DNA of 64,000 nt from Octopus vulgaris (taxonomy: Eukaryota). The notes under the pieces were generated by a model, which did no database searches, was not told the DNA's origin, and was given only the letters and a program-made list of their open reading frames with translations. Of this stretch, positions 11,198 to 25,900 are shown in pieces. The position numbers and the translations under genes were made by a program. The stretch spans positions 25,234,001 through 25,298,000 of the forward strand of contig OX597824.1 in assembly GCA_951406725.2 (NCBI GenBank), given 5' to 3'. Position 1 is the stretch's first letter. Every line of letters starts with the position of its first letter.

Positions 11198-11869
11198 GTC
11201 TGTCTGTATGTCTGTCTGTCTGTCAGTCTGTCTGTCTGTCTGTCTATCTCTGTAACCCACTCTACAACCTAATCACCACTTCAGTTTGGGATTTGGCTCT
11301 TCACCCGGCACCAATGTCTGACATTGCATAAATATTTGTAAACAAGTATATCTGTCGTACTAGCGGTATCGTTTGATTTCAATATTAGTCATGGAGAGTT
11401 GGCAGCATCGGGTCATAGAAATTCTGCCGCAATAAATTTCGTCCAACCCATGCCAGCATAGAAATGAAAATGATGAAAATGATGACAATGGCTCATTTTA
11501 GAATCAACAATGAAGCTATGAATTGTAAATTTGAACGAAGCGAAATTTGCACCGTGTGCTCTGTTTTTGGCGCAAAAGAAAATACTATTGGAACATACAC
11601 ACAAGGTGTAGGAAACTTATATGTATACCATTCTGCTTACATAATGGAACTGCAGATAAAATATCCTTGAATATCTCACGTCTGTTTTCATTCATCCACT
11701 TCACTCTCTATTTCATATCTTCTCTAGAATAAGTATTGCTTAACTATTTTCTCGCACCGTCTCCAATGAAGGGATATATAAAATATCCCGAAACAACTGT
11801 AAGACCTTCTCTTTATAAATGCTCGGAAATCTTTCACAGCCTTGGATTTTTATCTCATTCGTTTTGGAA

Positions 11870-12143
11870 GTCACTTGACCCTGTTATCTCCCCTACTGTC
11901 CTTCTCGCGTCTGACCACTGTCCGAAGTCAGGACGCCATGATAGATCGTTAGCTCCTACACGCATTTTTTTCTCTCCTTGTTTCTCTCCTTGTTTTTTTC
12001 TGTGTATCTTTCTGTCGAAGAGCGTATGCTCGAAACGTAAAAGACTTGTTCTATTTCTATTCCTGAGCACTATACTAATACATTTGTTTGTTTGTACTCC
12101 ACCTGCCTCCGTCTTTTGTTTATTTTCGTAAACCTTCCCGTTA
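11870..12143 (+). mobile_element. Solo 3' pLTR fragment related to the Neptune element, HHR at 12007-12044 (also ~37522-37795)
   Basis: Aligns to 52020-52305; TCTTT-CTGTCGA-A-GAGC-GTAT-GCTC-GAAACGT-A-AAAGA; ends CCCGTT(AT)n. Confidence 0.85.
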
Positions 12144-12247
12144 TATATATATATAATATTAATTAGAGACGAAACCACTATTATGCAAATCAAACAAAGA
12201 AAGACTTAATCCAATACATAAAAATTTTTATATAAATTAAATAAAAT

Positions 12248-12286
<39 letters not shown>

Positions 12287-12474
12287 GATAACAAAATAAG
12301 TTTGAATTTGCTGATAACTTCCTTCATTCTCTTCATGTATACAGAAATATAAAATCTGGATTTTTCTACGGAAATGATAGAACAATGCTTGTCTTCTTTC
12401 ATTTTTTGTCTTTTGCTGTACAGTCAATCTTTGTCACTGCTTTAGAACCGAGTAATTATATTCTTTTATACGTA

Positions 12475-12705
12475 AGGCGGCGAGCTGGCAGAAACGTTAG
12501 CACGCCGGGTGACATGTTTAGCGGCATTTCGTCTACCGTTACGTTCTGAGTTCAAATTCCGCCAAGTTTGACTTTGTCTTTCATCCTTTCGGGATCGTTT
12601 AAATAAGCACCAGTTACGCATTGGGGTCGATGTAATCGACTTAAACCCTGTACCTGTCCTTGTTTGTCTCCTCTTCGTTTAGCCCCCTGTGGGTAATAAA
12701 GAAAT
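12475..12705 (+). mobile_element. tRNA-derived SINE, family B (also 38131-38361)
   Basis: AGGCGGCGAGCTGGCAGAAACGTTAG..GAGTTCAAATTCC (B box)..TTTCATCCTTTCGGG; matches 61686-61919. Confidence 0.85.
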
Positions 12706-12943
12706 ATATATTCTTTTATACATGGTGGAACCAAAGTTTTAGGTTCAGAAATTTTTGAACAGTGATAAAGTAATATCCTTATCCTGGTGATCCCTGCTGT
12801 ACTCTTTCACCACTCTTTCTCTCTTTCTTATGTTGGCCTGCTCGCTTAGCCAGCGGGGTGGCATCATTTGAAGGCTAAAACAGTGCGAACGCATTGTGAC
12901 CAGCGATGTGTAAAACATCTGATGGTCTGGTCGGTCACGTGAT

Positions 12944-12974
<31 letters not shown>

Positions 12975-13546
12975 AAGTTAATCCAAAGAAGAAAACAAAA
13001 AAAACACAACAACTTGAGGACGTGGAACAAATATAGTATTATTGGACGCTCAAGAAAGAAGGGAAGAAGGAGGGTTTAACGTTTCGAGCGGAGCTCTTCG
13101 TCGGAAACATAGGAGAAGGAAAGATCCAGAGAAGGGAAAACAGAGGAAAAAATCGCCAACGGTACACACGAGGTCACATTTTGAAATATATATATATATA
13201 TATATATATATACTCTATTTTTTTCGTCGTTTAAGAAAAATGTCCATTTCCTTGGTTTTGTGTTTATGTTTTCGTTTCTCATTGTGTTCGACGTTTTTTT
13301 TGGTGTCCTGTACCCATATATGCATGTATATATGCATGTAGCAGTAGGTACGTACATATATGTATGTATATATGCATATGTTTTATTTTGTTTATAAATT
13401 TATTATATGACAGAACGCACGCATCCATTTCTAAGTATGTGTGTGTGTTTAAGTGTGTGTGTGTCATAATCTCCTTTTCCCGACTCTTTCATTAATTCGA
13501 TACCCTACCTATGTGTATATATCTGTGTGTATAGTGCACGCGTGTG

Positions 13547-13622
<76 letters not shown>

Positions 13623-14016
13623 TGTTTGTGTGTTTGAGTGTGTGTGTGTAAGGCAATTTGACGTCTATCTTTAGCATATTAGGAATCCACTTTAGTGGTC
13701 ATTCCTCTTATGAATTGTAATATAATTTTTAAATCTTCGGATATTTTTTTTTAATATGCTAGACCACTGTGTGTGCGCGTGTATACTTTACGTATGTGAA
13801 TGCGTGTTGGCATTTTATCATGCATGAAGATATATACTCTTTTTACTCTTTTACTTGTTTCAGTCATTTGATGCGGCCATGCTGGAGCACCGCCTTTAAT
13901 CGAGCAACTTGGCTTTGTAAGCCCAGTACTTATTCTATTGGTCTGTTTTTTGACGAGGACATAAACACACCGGCATCGGTTGTCAAGCAATGCTAGGGGG
14001 ACAAACACAGACACAC

Positions 14017-14069
<53 letters not shown>

Positions 14070-14971
14070 TACGACAGGCTTCTTTCAGTTTCCGTCTACC
14101 AAATCCACTCACAAGGCTTTGGTCGGCCCGAGGCTAGAGTAGAAGACACTTGCCCAAGGTGCCACGCACTGGGACTGAACTCGAAACCATGTGGTTGGTA
14201 AACAAGCTACTTACCACACAGCCACTCCTGCGCCTATTTGATAGAATTTAAAAGAAACCTTTCTTCAATACAACAATTCGATCCCGACATTCCATAAACC
14301 TCAAACTTTATTTGTAAACAAAGGATGACGAGCTGTCAGTGACTAACTACTTTTTCTTTATTGTCGTTAACCCATACCTTCGCTTTTTTCTTGGAAACTT
14401 TCTTTCTTTTTCCTTTTTTTTTTTGTTTATTTCACACCTCCGCATTTGCTCCAACTCTGCAGTACTAAAACCATTATATCCTTATATGTACATGTATATG
14501 TATATGTATATGTAAAAAATTACAACTGGGACAAGAACGCAAAACATTTAGAAGACGATACAAAAAACACGGACGGGACATTCGAAGCCTTCAATCTTCA
14601 GTCAAGAACCGGATCATCCTCGCAATTTCGGCTGATTAATCTGTACATGTACATATATATCTGATCTCTTTATGTGTGTGCATGCATGAATGCATGTAGG
14701 TGAAACTATATGTCTGAGTGCTTGTGTGTGTGTGTGTGTGTCTGTAGCTATTTATGAGATACTCTTCAAATATTCCTTAGCCCAAAGTTCCAGTTCAAAA
14801 CAAACTACATTATCTGCTTAGAGCATATTAATTTCTTCTTTCTCTTTTTCCCTGAATTCATTTTGTCGCTATTTGTTGCTATTTGTACATATTTACATGC
14901 ATGTTGTTTATGTGACTGCGAATGTGCGTGTATGGGGGAGTATATGTACGTATCTGTAAGCGTGTATGTAC

Positions 14972-15019
<48 letters not shown>

Positions 15020-15083
15020 TCAGGAAAGACAAGGAACTTATGTCAGCATCATGACGAACAAAAACTTTATATACATATACATA

Positions 15084-15172
<89 letters not shown>

Positions 15173-18100
15173 GTACATACACGCTTACAGATACGTACAT
15201 ATACTCCCCCATACACGCACATTCGCAGTCACATAAACAACATGCATGTAAATATGTACAAATAGCGACAAAATGAATTCAGAGAAAAAGGGAAAGAAGA
15301 AATTAATATGATCTAAGCAGATAATGTAGTTTGTTTTGAACTGGAACTTTGGGCTAAGGAATTTTTGAAGAGTATCTCATAAATAGCTACAGACACACCC
15401 ACACGTACACACACACATACACGCACACACACACACACACACACACAAGCACTCAGACATATAGTTTCACATACATGCATTCATGCATGCTCACACATAA
15501 AGAGATCAGATATATATGTACATGTTCATATAAGGATATAATGGTTTTAGTACTGCAGAGTTGTAGCAAATGCGGAGGTGTGAAATAAACAAAAAGAAAA
15601 AAAGGAAAAAGAAAGAAAGTTTCCAAGAAAAAGCGAAGGTATGGGTTAACGACAATAAAGAAAAAGTAGTTAGTCACTGACAGCTCGTCATTCTTTGTTT
15701 ACAAATAAAGTTTGAGGTTTATGGAATCTCGGGATCGAATTGTTGTATTGAAGAAAGGTTTCTTTTAAATCCTATCAAATAGGCGCAGGTGTTGTTGTGT
15801 GGTAAGTAGCTTGTTTACCAACCACATGGTTCCGGGTTCAGTCCCAGTGCATGGCACCTTGGGCAAGTGTCTTCTACTCTAGCCTCGGGCCGACCAATGC
15901 ATTGTGAGTGGATTTGGTAGATGGAAACTGAAAGAAGCCCGTCGTATATATGTATATATAAATATGTATATGTTTGTGTTTGTGCGTCTGTGTTTGTCCC
16001 CCTAGCATTGCTTGACAACCGATGCTGGTGTGTTTATGGCCCCGTCAAAAAACAGACTAATTGAATAAGTACTGGGCTTACAAAGAATAAGTCCCGGGGT
16101 CGAGTTGCTCGATTAAAGGTGGTGCTCCAGCATGGCCGCAGTCAAATGACTGAAACAAGTAAAAGAGAGTAAAGAGAGTATACATTTGTAAACAGAATGG
16201 GTATATTAATCGAGGTGGACGGTACTATGCATTATAGCTGATCTTAACAAGTCCTAGAGCGAAATCGTACGGAAAGACTCCCCAGTAAGGATGTACTGAT
16301 CCGTGACAGGAAATTTAACAAAAAAACTATTCCATTTAGTGAGAGATAAATATTCTTTATTCAAAGGTCACAATACATGTATTAAAGCGCTACTAATAAT
16401 TATTACATGTATTAAAGCGCTACTAATAAGTTCATATGTCGAGAAAACTCGAATATATATCTTCAGGCGCACACCACATATTTAGTTCGTTATGATAGGT
16501 GGTTTGCGACTGAGGAATATGTTTGAATTTTCTCAAAATGTGAAACTATTTGTAGCGCTTTAATACATGTATTGTGACCTTTAAATAAACAATATATATA
16601 TATATATATATTGAAGGCGCAAGCGTCGGGTTAGCAGTTAGGAGGCATTGAGTTCGGTTCCCGGACACTTTATTTCACGTTGCTCCAATTCACACAGCTG
16701 TCTGAATGAGTTACGACGTCATTGGTGACAAGCTGTATCGGCCTTTGCCTTTCCTTTGGATAACATCAGTGGCGTGGAGAGAAGAGGCTGGTATGCATTG
16801 GCCACTGCTGGTCTTCCGTAAACAACCTTGTCCGGACTTGTGCCTCGAAGAGGAACTTTCTAGTGTCAATCCCAGTGGCGGACTGGCTAAAAAGTGTTGG
16901 TGGCCTGGAGACTAAAGAGACCCACCCGCTATGATTGATATAACTTTAAACCAGATACATAGTATTATTTAGCCTCACAACCTTATACTATCATTCTTTA
17001 TGTAGGAGATAATAAAAAAAAATTTAGAACATTATCTCCTTAGATATATTTTTTCAAGAAGGAGAGGCTGTGTGGTAAGTAGCTTGCTAACCAACCACAT
17101 GGTTCCGGGTTCAGTCCCACTGCGTGGCATCTTGGGCAAGTGTCTTCTACTATAGTCCCGGGCCGACCAATGCATTGTGAGTGGATTTGGTAGACGGAAA
17201 CTGAAAGAAGCCTGTCGTATATGTGTATATATATATATATGTATGTGTATGTTTGTGTGTCTGTGTTTGTCCCCCTAGCATTGCTTGACAAACGATGCTG
17301 GTGTGTGTACATCCCCGTCACTTAGCGGTTTGGCAAAAGTGACCGATAGAATAAGTACTGGACTTCCAAAGAATAAGTGCCGGGGTGGATTTGCTCGACT
17401 GAAGGCGGTGCTCCAGCATGGCCGCAGTCAAATGACTGAAACAAGTAAAAGAGTAAATGGTTTATCAACGAGCAATAATATTTAAAACTAAATATTTGAA
17501 CCGTTTTGTGCCTGCAATTTTCTGCTCTATATACTTTCGATGTCTGAATTTGTTGGTAAAAAAATGAAAATCAATATATTTACGAATCATGCTGTTTAGG
17601 AGAAGAAATTATAGAGGTAAAGTTTCGGATCAGGACGCCCACATGTCTAATTTTCTCTGTTTTGACGGATTTTTCGAATTTGATTTTTCGCTCAGGCCTT
17701 CTAGGTGATGTGTTGTTGTTGTTGGTGGTGGTGAGCTTTCATGAAATTTTTTTGGAAAATTCATGATTTTTCTTCACTTCAGCCCCATTCTCCTTAGCCA
17801 ATTTTTCTGGCACTACGCACTGAAAAATCATGATATATGCCTTTTCGTTAAAAAAAAAAAGAATGTAGATATTTTCAAAAGGGAAGGTGTGTGATTTAAG
17901 GGCGATTTGGCTGTTGTTTCCAATACATCCTCGTTTCTTTGTCACTATCACATGTATTGATGTTTTTCCATATGTTTCTTCCTTTAAGCACATTTTATGG
18001 AATGATGATACGGAAGTAACACACGCTTGGTGCATTGCAGGGATTCAGAGAACGAAAAAAAAAATTGAAATTTAAATCCCCACCTCCGGCCAACCAAGAA

Positions 18101-18218
18101 GAAGAAGAAGAATGATGATGATGATGATGATGATGACGATGATGAAGATGATGATGATGATGATGATGATGAAGATGATGATGATGATGATGATGCTGAT
18201 AATGATAATAATGATAAT

Positions 18219-18265
<47 letters not shown>

Positions 18266-19919
18266 TAATAATAATAATAAACAAGAAGAACAACATCAAA
18301 AACAACAGCGTAATAAATTGACTTTGTATTAGTTTGCCACAGAGATAGAATATATAATTATTATTATGATTGTTGTAAAGTAATTAATAAAATGATATAC
18401 ATAATTCATTATTATTGTTCTTGTTATTGTTTTATTAGGTTTTCTTTGATTAATGTGGTGAAAGAGTTTGCATGATGGACTCATCTGAAAAGTTTGAGGA
18501 AACATTTTCTTCTCTGCCTTTCTCTCACCAATTTCTTCAAGTACGACTTGAAAAGTCACGCGTGTGTAGAGTGGAGGTGTTGTTTTAAAAAAGTGTTTAA
18601 CGATAGTTTTGTGAGAGTGGCGACTGGTTAAGTTGAATACACTCCACCGAATACCTAGAATCTGAGAGGATACTTCCGTTAAATCGGAAATAACAACAAA
18701 AGATAAAGTATTTGAAAAATAACTAAATACGCGTTATTAATTCTTGTGTCAAATTTCATTTGACACAATTTCCCGGGGAATTTTGGGGATTTTAGATAAA
18801 AACTGTAAGCAAGTTATTAGTACAAGGGCCTATCAAAGGACACCTCCCGGAAAAGACCGTAGACCACACACAGAACACATGCAATCAGCTCCGTGTTTCA
18901 CAACTATGAGGTTTACGTATCTTGTGGTCTGATGGATGTCGGCGGTAGAGTAGCAGTGCTTTTGGAAATAATTAGGTTTAGCGATATAAACAATCTTCCT
19001 GGAGGAGTTAAGTCTGTGATTCTAAGTGTGAATTGAAGTAAGAGCAGTACATGTAGCATCATTTTAAATTGGTCGGCAACACAGATCAAAAATCTGTGAT
19101 CCACACGAATTAGATACAACACATAGACAGGGATCAAAATATTAAAAGTGGAACGCATCTTTCCCGGTGCCATGTGACTACAGAGACTGGATCAGCAAGT
19201 TAGTTAAGCAACATTTGAAAGGGGCAATAATTAGCAAAAGGTAGTCTGGAACTCTGGAGATGATTAAATATAATTTAATAACGTTTAGTAAAGAATTAGT
19301 GTTGGAGGGGAATGGATTGGCGTTAATTAACTGGAAGAGGCAATTAGAAAGGGCAACGCAACAAACATGCTAGAGGCCCAAATATCTTTCGACATTACTT
19401 TTCGACACATAACAGGAAGGCTTCGTTGTTATATGCTAAAACAAAAACACGAAAACTGTTCGAAGGGCTCTGAAGGTGGATGCACGACATGGAAAAAGAA
19501 GTCACAATTCAGGTTTGATGGATCAGGATGGGTGCGTGCTATCTGGTTCTCAGGATATGAATGCTGCGGTTTTGTAGCTCCACTGTTCAGAGTAAGGGAT
19601 AGGTCATGGACTTTACTGCCAACCTTGACGGTCTGTCACAGCTCTCATTTGAAGGTCAATAACAGCGAGTGAGATGCCAGAAGTATTGAGTGATTGCACA
19701 AGGAATAAACCGCCTGGGTTGGATGGTCTATCCTATGACCTTGAGGGTAGAATGTCAGATTTCTTTGCTAACCTCTTGGCAAACGTATATCTTTAATCAT
19801 ACCTGTATGTATATAGGTGTGTATATATGTATGTATGTATGTATGTATGCGTGTATGCATGTATGTATGTATGTATGCGTGTATGCATGTATGTATAGAT
19901 ATATGTATATATATATAAT

Positions 19920-22900
19920 TATAAAATTAATTAAGGGTAGAAATTGATATTTATCAATTAAGACCAGTGGTCTAGCATATTAAAAAAGAATCCGAAGATT
20001 AAAATATTTATATATACCAATTAAGGACTGAACACGAAAAGTGGACAGTCAACATGCTAGATATAGACGTCAAATCGTCATTCACCACAAAAGATTATGT
20101 TCTCAGATCAAACTCAACACAAAACCATAGCAATAAACAAGTGAAAAATATACGAAATAAAATAATTACCCATGTACTAACTTAGTTTCAGCTGTTATTT
20201 TCCGCAAGGAAAACTGCAGCCATCATCAGCATGGTCCGTTATAAATGTAATTTGCTGGACTAGATGCAAACACGATACCGAAATATCGCGTGCATGGAGT
20301 TCAGCCTATTACATTTGAATATATCTTTCAAATGCCTTTACTTTGGCGCGTTGAAACCCGAGAAAACTAGCCTGCAGCTAATAATTAGCAGCAGTTAATT
20401 TATCGGTTAGAGAACATATTTATTTATATAAAATTAATTAAGGGTAGAAATTGATATTTATCAATTAAGACCAGTGGTCTAGCATATTAAAAAAGAATCC
20501 GAAGATTAAAATATTTATATATACCAATTAAGGACTGAACACGAAAAGTGGACAGTCAACATGCTAGATATAGACGTCAAATCGTCATTCACCACAAAAG
20601 ATTATGTTCTCAGATCAAACTCAACACAAAACCATAGCAATAAACAAGTGAAAAATATACGAAATAAAATAATTACCCATGTACTAACTTAGTTTCAGCT
20701 GTTATTTTCCGCAAGGAAAACTGCAGCCATCATCAGCATGGTCCGTTATAAATGTAATTTGCTGGACTAGATGCAAACACGATACCGAAATATCGCGTGC
20801 ATGGAGTTTAGCCTATTACATTTGAATATATCTTTCAAATGCCTTTACTTTGGCGCGTTGAAACCCGAGAAAACTAGCCTGCAGCTAATAATTAGCAGCA
20901 GTTAATTTATCGGTTAGAGAACATATTTATTTATATAAAATTAATTAAGGGTAGAAATTGATATTTATCAATTAAGACCAGTGGTCTAGCATATTAAAAA
21001 AGAATCCGAAGATTAAAATATTTATATATACCAATTAAGGACTGAACACGAAAAGTGGACAGTCAACATGCTAGATATAGACGTCAAATCGTCATTCACC
21101 ACAAAAGATTATGTTCTCAGATCAAACTCAACACAAAACCATAGCAATAAACAAGTGAAAAATATACGAAATAAAATAATTACCCATGTACTAACTTAGT
21201 TTCAGCTGTTATTTTCCGCAAGGAAAACTGCAGCCATCATCAGCATGGTCCGTTATAAATGTAATTTGCTGGACTAGATGCAAACACGATACCGAAATAT
21301 CGCGTGCATGGAGTTCAGCCTATTACATTTGAATATATCTTTCAAATGCCTTTACTTTGGCGCGTTGAAACCCGAGAAAACTAGCCTGCAGCTAATAATT
21401 AGCAGCAGTTAATTTATCGGTTAGAGAACATATTTATTTATATAAAATTAATTAAGGGTAGAAATTGATATTTATCAATTAAGACCAGTGGTCTAGCATA
21501 TTAAAAAAGAATCCGAAGATTAAAATATTTATATATACCAATTAAGGACTGAACACGAAAAGTGGACAGTCAACATGCTAGATATAGACGTCAAATCGTC
21601 ATTCACCACAAAAGATTATGTTCTCAGATCAAACTCAACACAAAACCATAGCAATAAACAAGTGAAAAATATACGAAATAAAATAATTACCCATGTACTA
21701 ACTTAGTTTCAGCTGTTATTTTCCGCAAGGAAAACTGCAGCCATCATCAGCATGGTCCGTTATAAATGTAATTTGCTGGACTAGATGCAAACACGATACC
21801 GAAATATCGCGTGCATGGAGTTCAGCCTATTACATTTGAATATATCTTTCAAATGCCTTTACTTTGGCGCGTTGAAACCCGAGAAAACTAGCCTGCAGCT
21901 AATAATTAGCAGCAGTTAATTTATCGGTTAGAGAACATATTTATTTATATAAAATTAATTAAGGGTAGAAATTGATATTTATCAATTAAGACCAGTGGTC
22001 TAGCATATTAAAAAAGAATCCGAAGATTAAAATATTTATATATACCAATTAAGGACTGAACACGAAAAGTGGACAGTCAACATGCTAGATATAGACGTCA
22101 AATCGTCATTCACCACAAAAGATTATGTTCTCAGATCAAACTCAACACAAAACCATAGCAATAAACAAGTGAAAAATATACGAAATAAAATAATTACCCA
22201 TGTACTAACTTAGTTTCAGCTGTTATTTTCCGCAAGGAAAACTGCAGCCATCATCAGCATGGTCCGTTATAAATGTAATTTGCTGGACTAGATGCAAACA
22301 CGATACCGAAATATCGCGTGCATGGAGTTCAGCCTATTACATTTGAATATATCTTTCAAATGCCTTTACTTTGGCGCGTTGAAACCCGAGAAAACTAGCC
22401 TGCAGCTAATAATTAGCAGCAGTTAATTTATCGGTTAGAGAACATATTTATTTATATAAAATTAATTAAGGGTAGAAATTGATATTTATCAATTAAGACC
22501 AGTGGTCTAGCATATTAAAAAAGAATCCGAAGATTAAAATATTTATATATACCAATTAAGGACTGAACACGAAAAGTGGACAGTCAACATGCTAGATATA
22601 GACGTCAAATCGTCATTCACCACAAAAGATTATGTTCTCAGATCAAACTCAACACAAAACCATAGCAATAAACAAGTGAAAAATATACGAAATAAAATAA
22701 TTACCCATGTACTAACTTAGTTTCAGCTGTTGTTTTCCGCAAGGAAAACTGCAGCCATCATCAGCATGGTCCGTTATAAATGTAATTTGCTGGACTAGAT
22801 GCAAACACGATACCGAAATATCGCGTGCATGGAGTTCAGCCTATTACATTTGAATATATCTTTCAAATGCCTTTACTTTGGCGCGTTGAAACCCGAGAAA

Positions 22901-25900
22901 ACTAGCCTGCAGCTAATAATTAGCAGCAGTTAATTTATCGGTTAGAGAACATATTTATTTATATAAAATTAAATAAGGGTAGAAATTGATATTTATCAAT
23001 TAAGACCAGTGGTCTAGCATATTAAAAAAGAATCCGAAGATTAAAATATTTATATATACCAATTAAGGACTGAACACGAAAAGTGGACAGTCAACATGCT
23101 AGATATAGACGTCAAATCGTCATTCACCACAAAAGATTATGTTCTCAGATCAAACTCAACACAAAACCATAGCAATAAACAAGTGAAAAATATACGAAAT
23201 AAAATAATTACCCATGTACTAACTTAGTTTCAGCTGTTATTTTCCGCAAGGAAAACTGCAGCCATCATCAGCATGGTCCGTTATAAATGTAATTTGCTGG
23301 ACTAGATGCAAACACGATACCGAAATATCGCGTGCATGGAGTTCAGCCTATTACATTTGAATATATCTTTCAAATGCCTTTACTTTGGCGCGTTGAAACC
23401 CGAGAAAACTAGCCTGCAGCTAATAATTAGCAGCAGTTAATTTATCGGTTAGAGAACATATTTATTTATATAAAATTAATTAAGGGTAGAAATTGATATT
23501 TATCAATTAAGACCAGTGGTCTAGCATATTAAAAAAGAATCCGAAGATTAAAATATTTATATATACCAATTAAGGACTGAACACGAAAAGTGGACAGTCA
23601 ACATGCTAGATATAGACGTCAAATCGTCATTCACCACAAAAGATTATGTTCTCAGATCAAACTCAACACAAAACCATAGCAATAAACAAGTGAAAAATAT
23701 ACGAAATAAAATAATTACCCATGTACTAACTTAGTTTCAGCTGTTATTTTCCGCAAGGAAAACTGCAGCCATCATCAGCATGGTCCGTTATAAATGTAAT
23801 TTGCTGGACTAGATGCAAACACGATACCGAAATATCGCGTGCATGGAGTTCAGCCTATTACATTTGAATATATCTTTCAAATGCCTTTACTTTGGCGCGT
23901 TGAAACCCGAGAAAACTAGCCTGCAGCTAATAATTAGCAGCAGTTAATTTATCGGTTAGAGAACATATTTATTTATATAAAATTAATTAAGGGTAGAAAT
24001 TGATATTTATCAATTAAGACCAGTGGTCTAGCATATTAAAAAAGAATCCGAAGATTAAAATATTTATATATACCAATTAAGGACTGAACACGAAAAGTGG
24101 ACAGTCAACATGCTAGATATAGACGTCAAATCGTCATTCACCACAAAAGATTATGTTCTCAGATCAAACTCAACACAAAACCATAGCAATAAACAAGTGA
24201 AAAATATACGAAATAAAATAATTACCCATGTACTAACTTAGTTTCAGCTGTTATTTTCCGCAAGGAAAACTGCAGCCATCATCAGCATGGTCCGTTATAA
24301 ATGTAATTTGCTGGACTAGATGCAAACACGATACCGAAATATCGCGTGCATGGAGTTCAGCCTATTACATTTGAATATATCTTTCAAATGCCTTTACTTT
24401 GGCGCGTTGAAACCCGAGAAAACTAGCCTGCAGCTAATAATTAGCAGCAGTTAATTTATCGGTTAGAGAACATATTTATTTATATAAAATTAATTAAGGG
24501 TAGAAATTGATATTTATCAATTAAGACCAGTGGTCTAGCATATTAAAAAAGAATCCGAAGATTAAAATATTTATATATACCAATTAAGGACTGAACACGA
24601 AAAGTGGACAGTCAACATGCTAGATATAGACGTCAAATCGTCATTCACCACAAAAGATTATGTTCTCAGATCAAACTCAACACAAAACCATAGCAATAAA
24701 CAAGTGAAAAATATACGAAATAAAATAATTACCCATGTACTAACTTAGTTTCAGCTGTTATTTTCCGCAAGGAAAACTGCAGCCATCATCAGCATGGTCC
24801 GTTATAAATGTAATTTGCTGGACTAGATGCAAACACGATACCGAAATATCGCGTGCATGGAGTTCAGCCTATTACATTTGAATATATCTTTCAAATGCCT
24901 TTACTTTGGCGCGTTGAAACCCGAGAAAACTAGCCTGCAGCTAATAATTAGCAGCAGTTAATTTATCGGTTAGAGAACATATTTATTTATATAAAATTAA
25001 TTAAGGGTAGAAATTGATATTTATCAATTAAGACCAGTGGTCTAGCATATTAAAAAAGAATCCGAAGATTAAAATATTTATATATACCAATTAAGGACTG
25101 AACACGAAAAGTGGACAGTCAACATGCTAGATATAGACGTCAAATCGTCATTCACCACAAAAGATTATGTTCTCAGATCAAACTCAACACAAAACCATAG
25201 CAATAAACAAGTGAAAAATATACGAAATAAAATAATTACCCATGTACTAACTTAGTTTCAGCTGTTATTTTCCGCAAGGAAAACTGCAGCCATCATCAGC
25301 ATGGTCCGTTATAAATGTAATTTGCTGGACTAGATGCAAACACGATACCGAAATATCGCGTGCATGGAGTTCAGCCTATTACATTTGAATATATCTTTCA
25401 AATGCCTTTACTTTGGCGCGTTGAAACCCGAGAAAACTAGCCTGCAGCTAATAATTAGCAGCAGTTAATTTATCGGTTAGAGAACATATTTATTTATATA
25501 AAATTAATTAAGGGTAGAAATTGATATTTATCAATTAAGACCAGTGGTCTAGCATATTAAAAAAGAATCCGAAGATTAAAATATTTATATATACCAATTA
25601 AGGACTGAACACGAAAAGTGGACAGTCAACATGCTAGATATAGACGTCAAATCGTCATTCACCACAAAAGATTATGTTCTCAGATCAAACTCAACACAAA
25701 ACCATAGCAATAAACAAGTGAAAAATATACGAAATAAAATAATTACCCATGTACTAACTTAGTTTCAGCTGTTGTTTTCCGCAAGGAAAACTGCAGCCAT
25801 CATCAGCATGGTCCGTTATAAATGTAATTTGCTGGACTAGATGCAAACACGATACCGAAATATCGCGTGCATGGAGTTCAGCCTATTACATTTGAATATA

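Noticed and set aside
12935-12950. Palindrome TCACGTGATCACGTGA (double E-box)
   Set aside because: Lies at the tail of a repeat fragment next to (TA)n; no evidence of regulatory function.
20405-20430. Minus-strand NKYVL-stop resembling a PLE ORF terminus within the 507-bp unit
   Set aside because: Five codons in AT-rich DNA; not distinguishable from chance.
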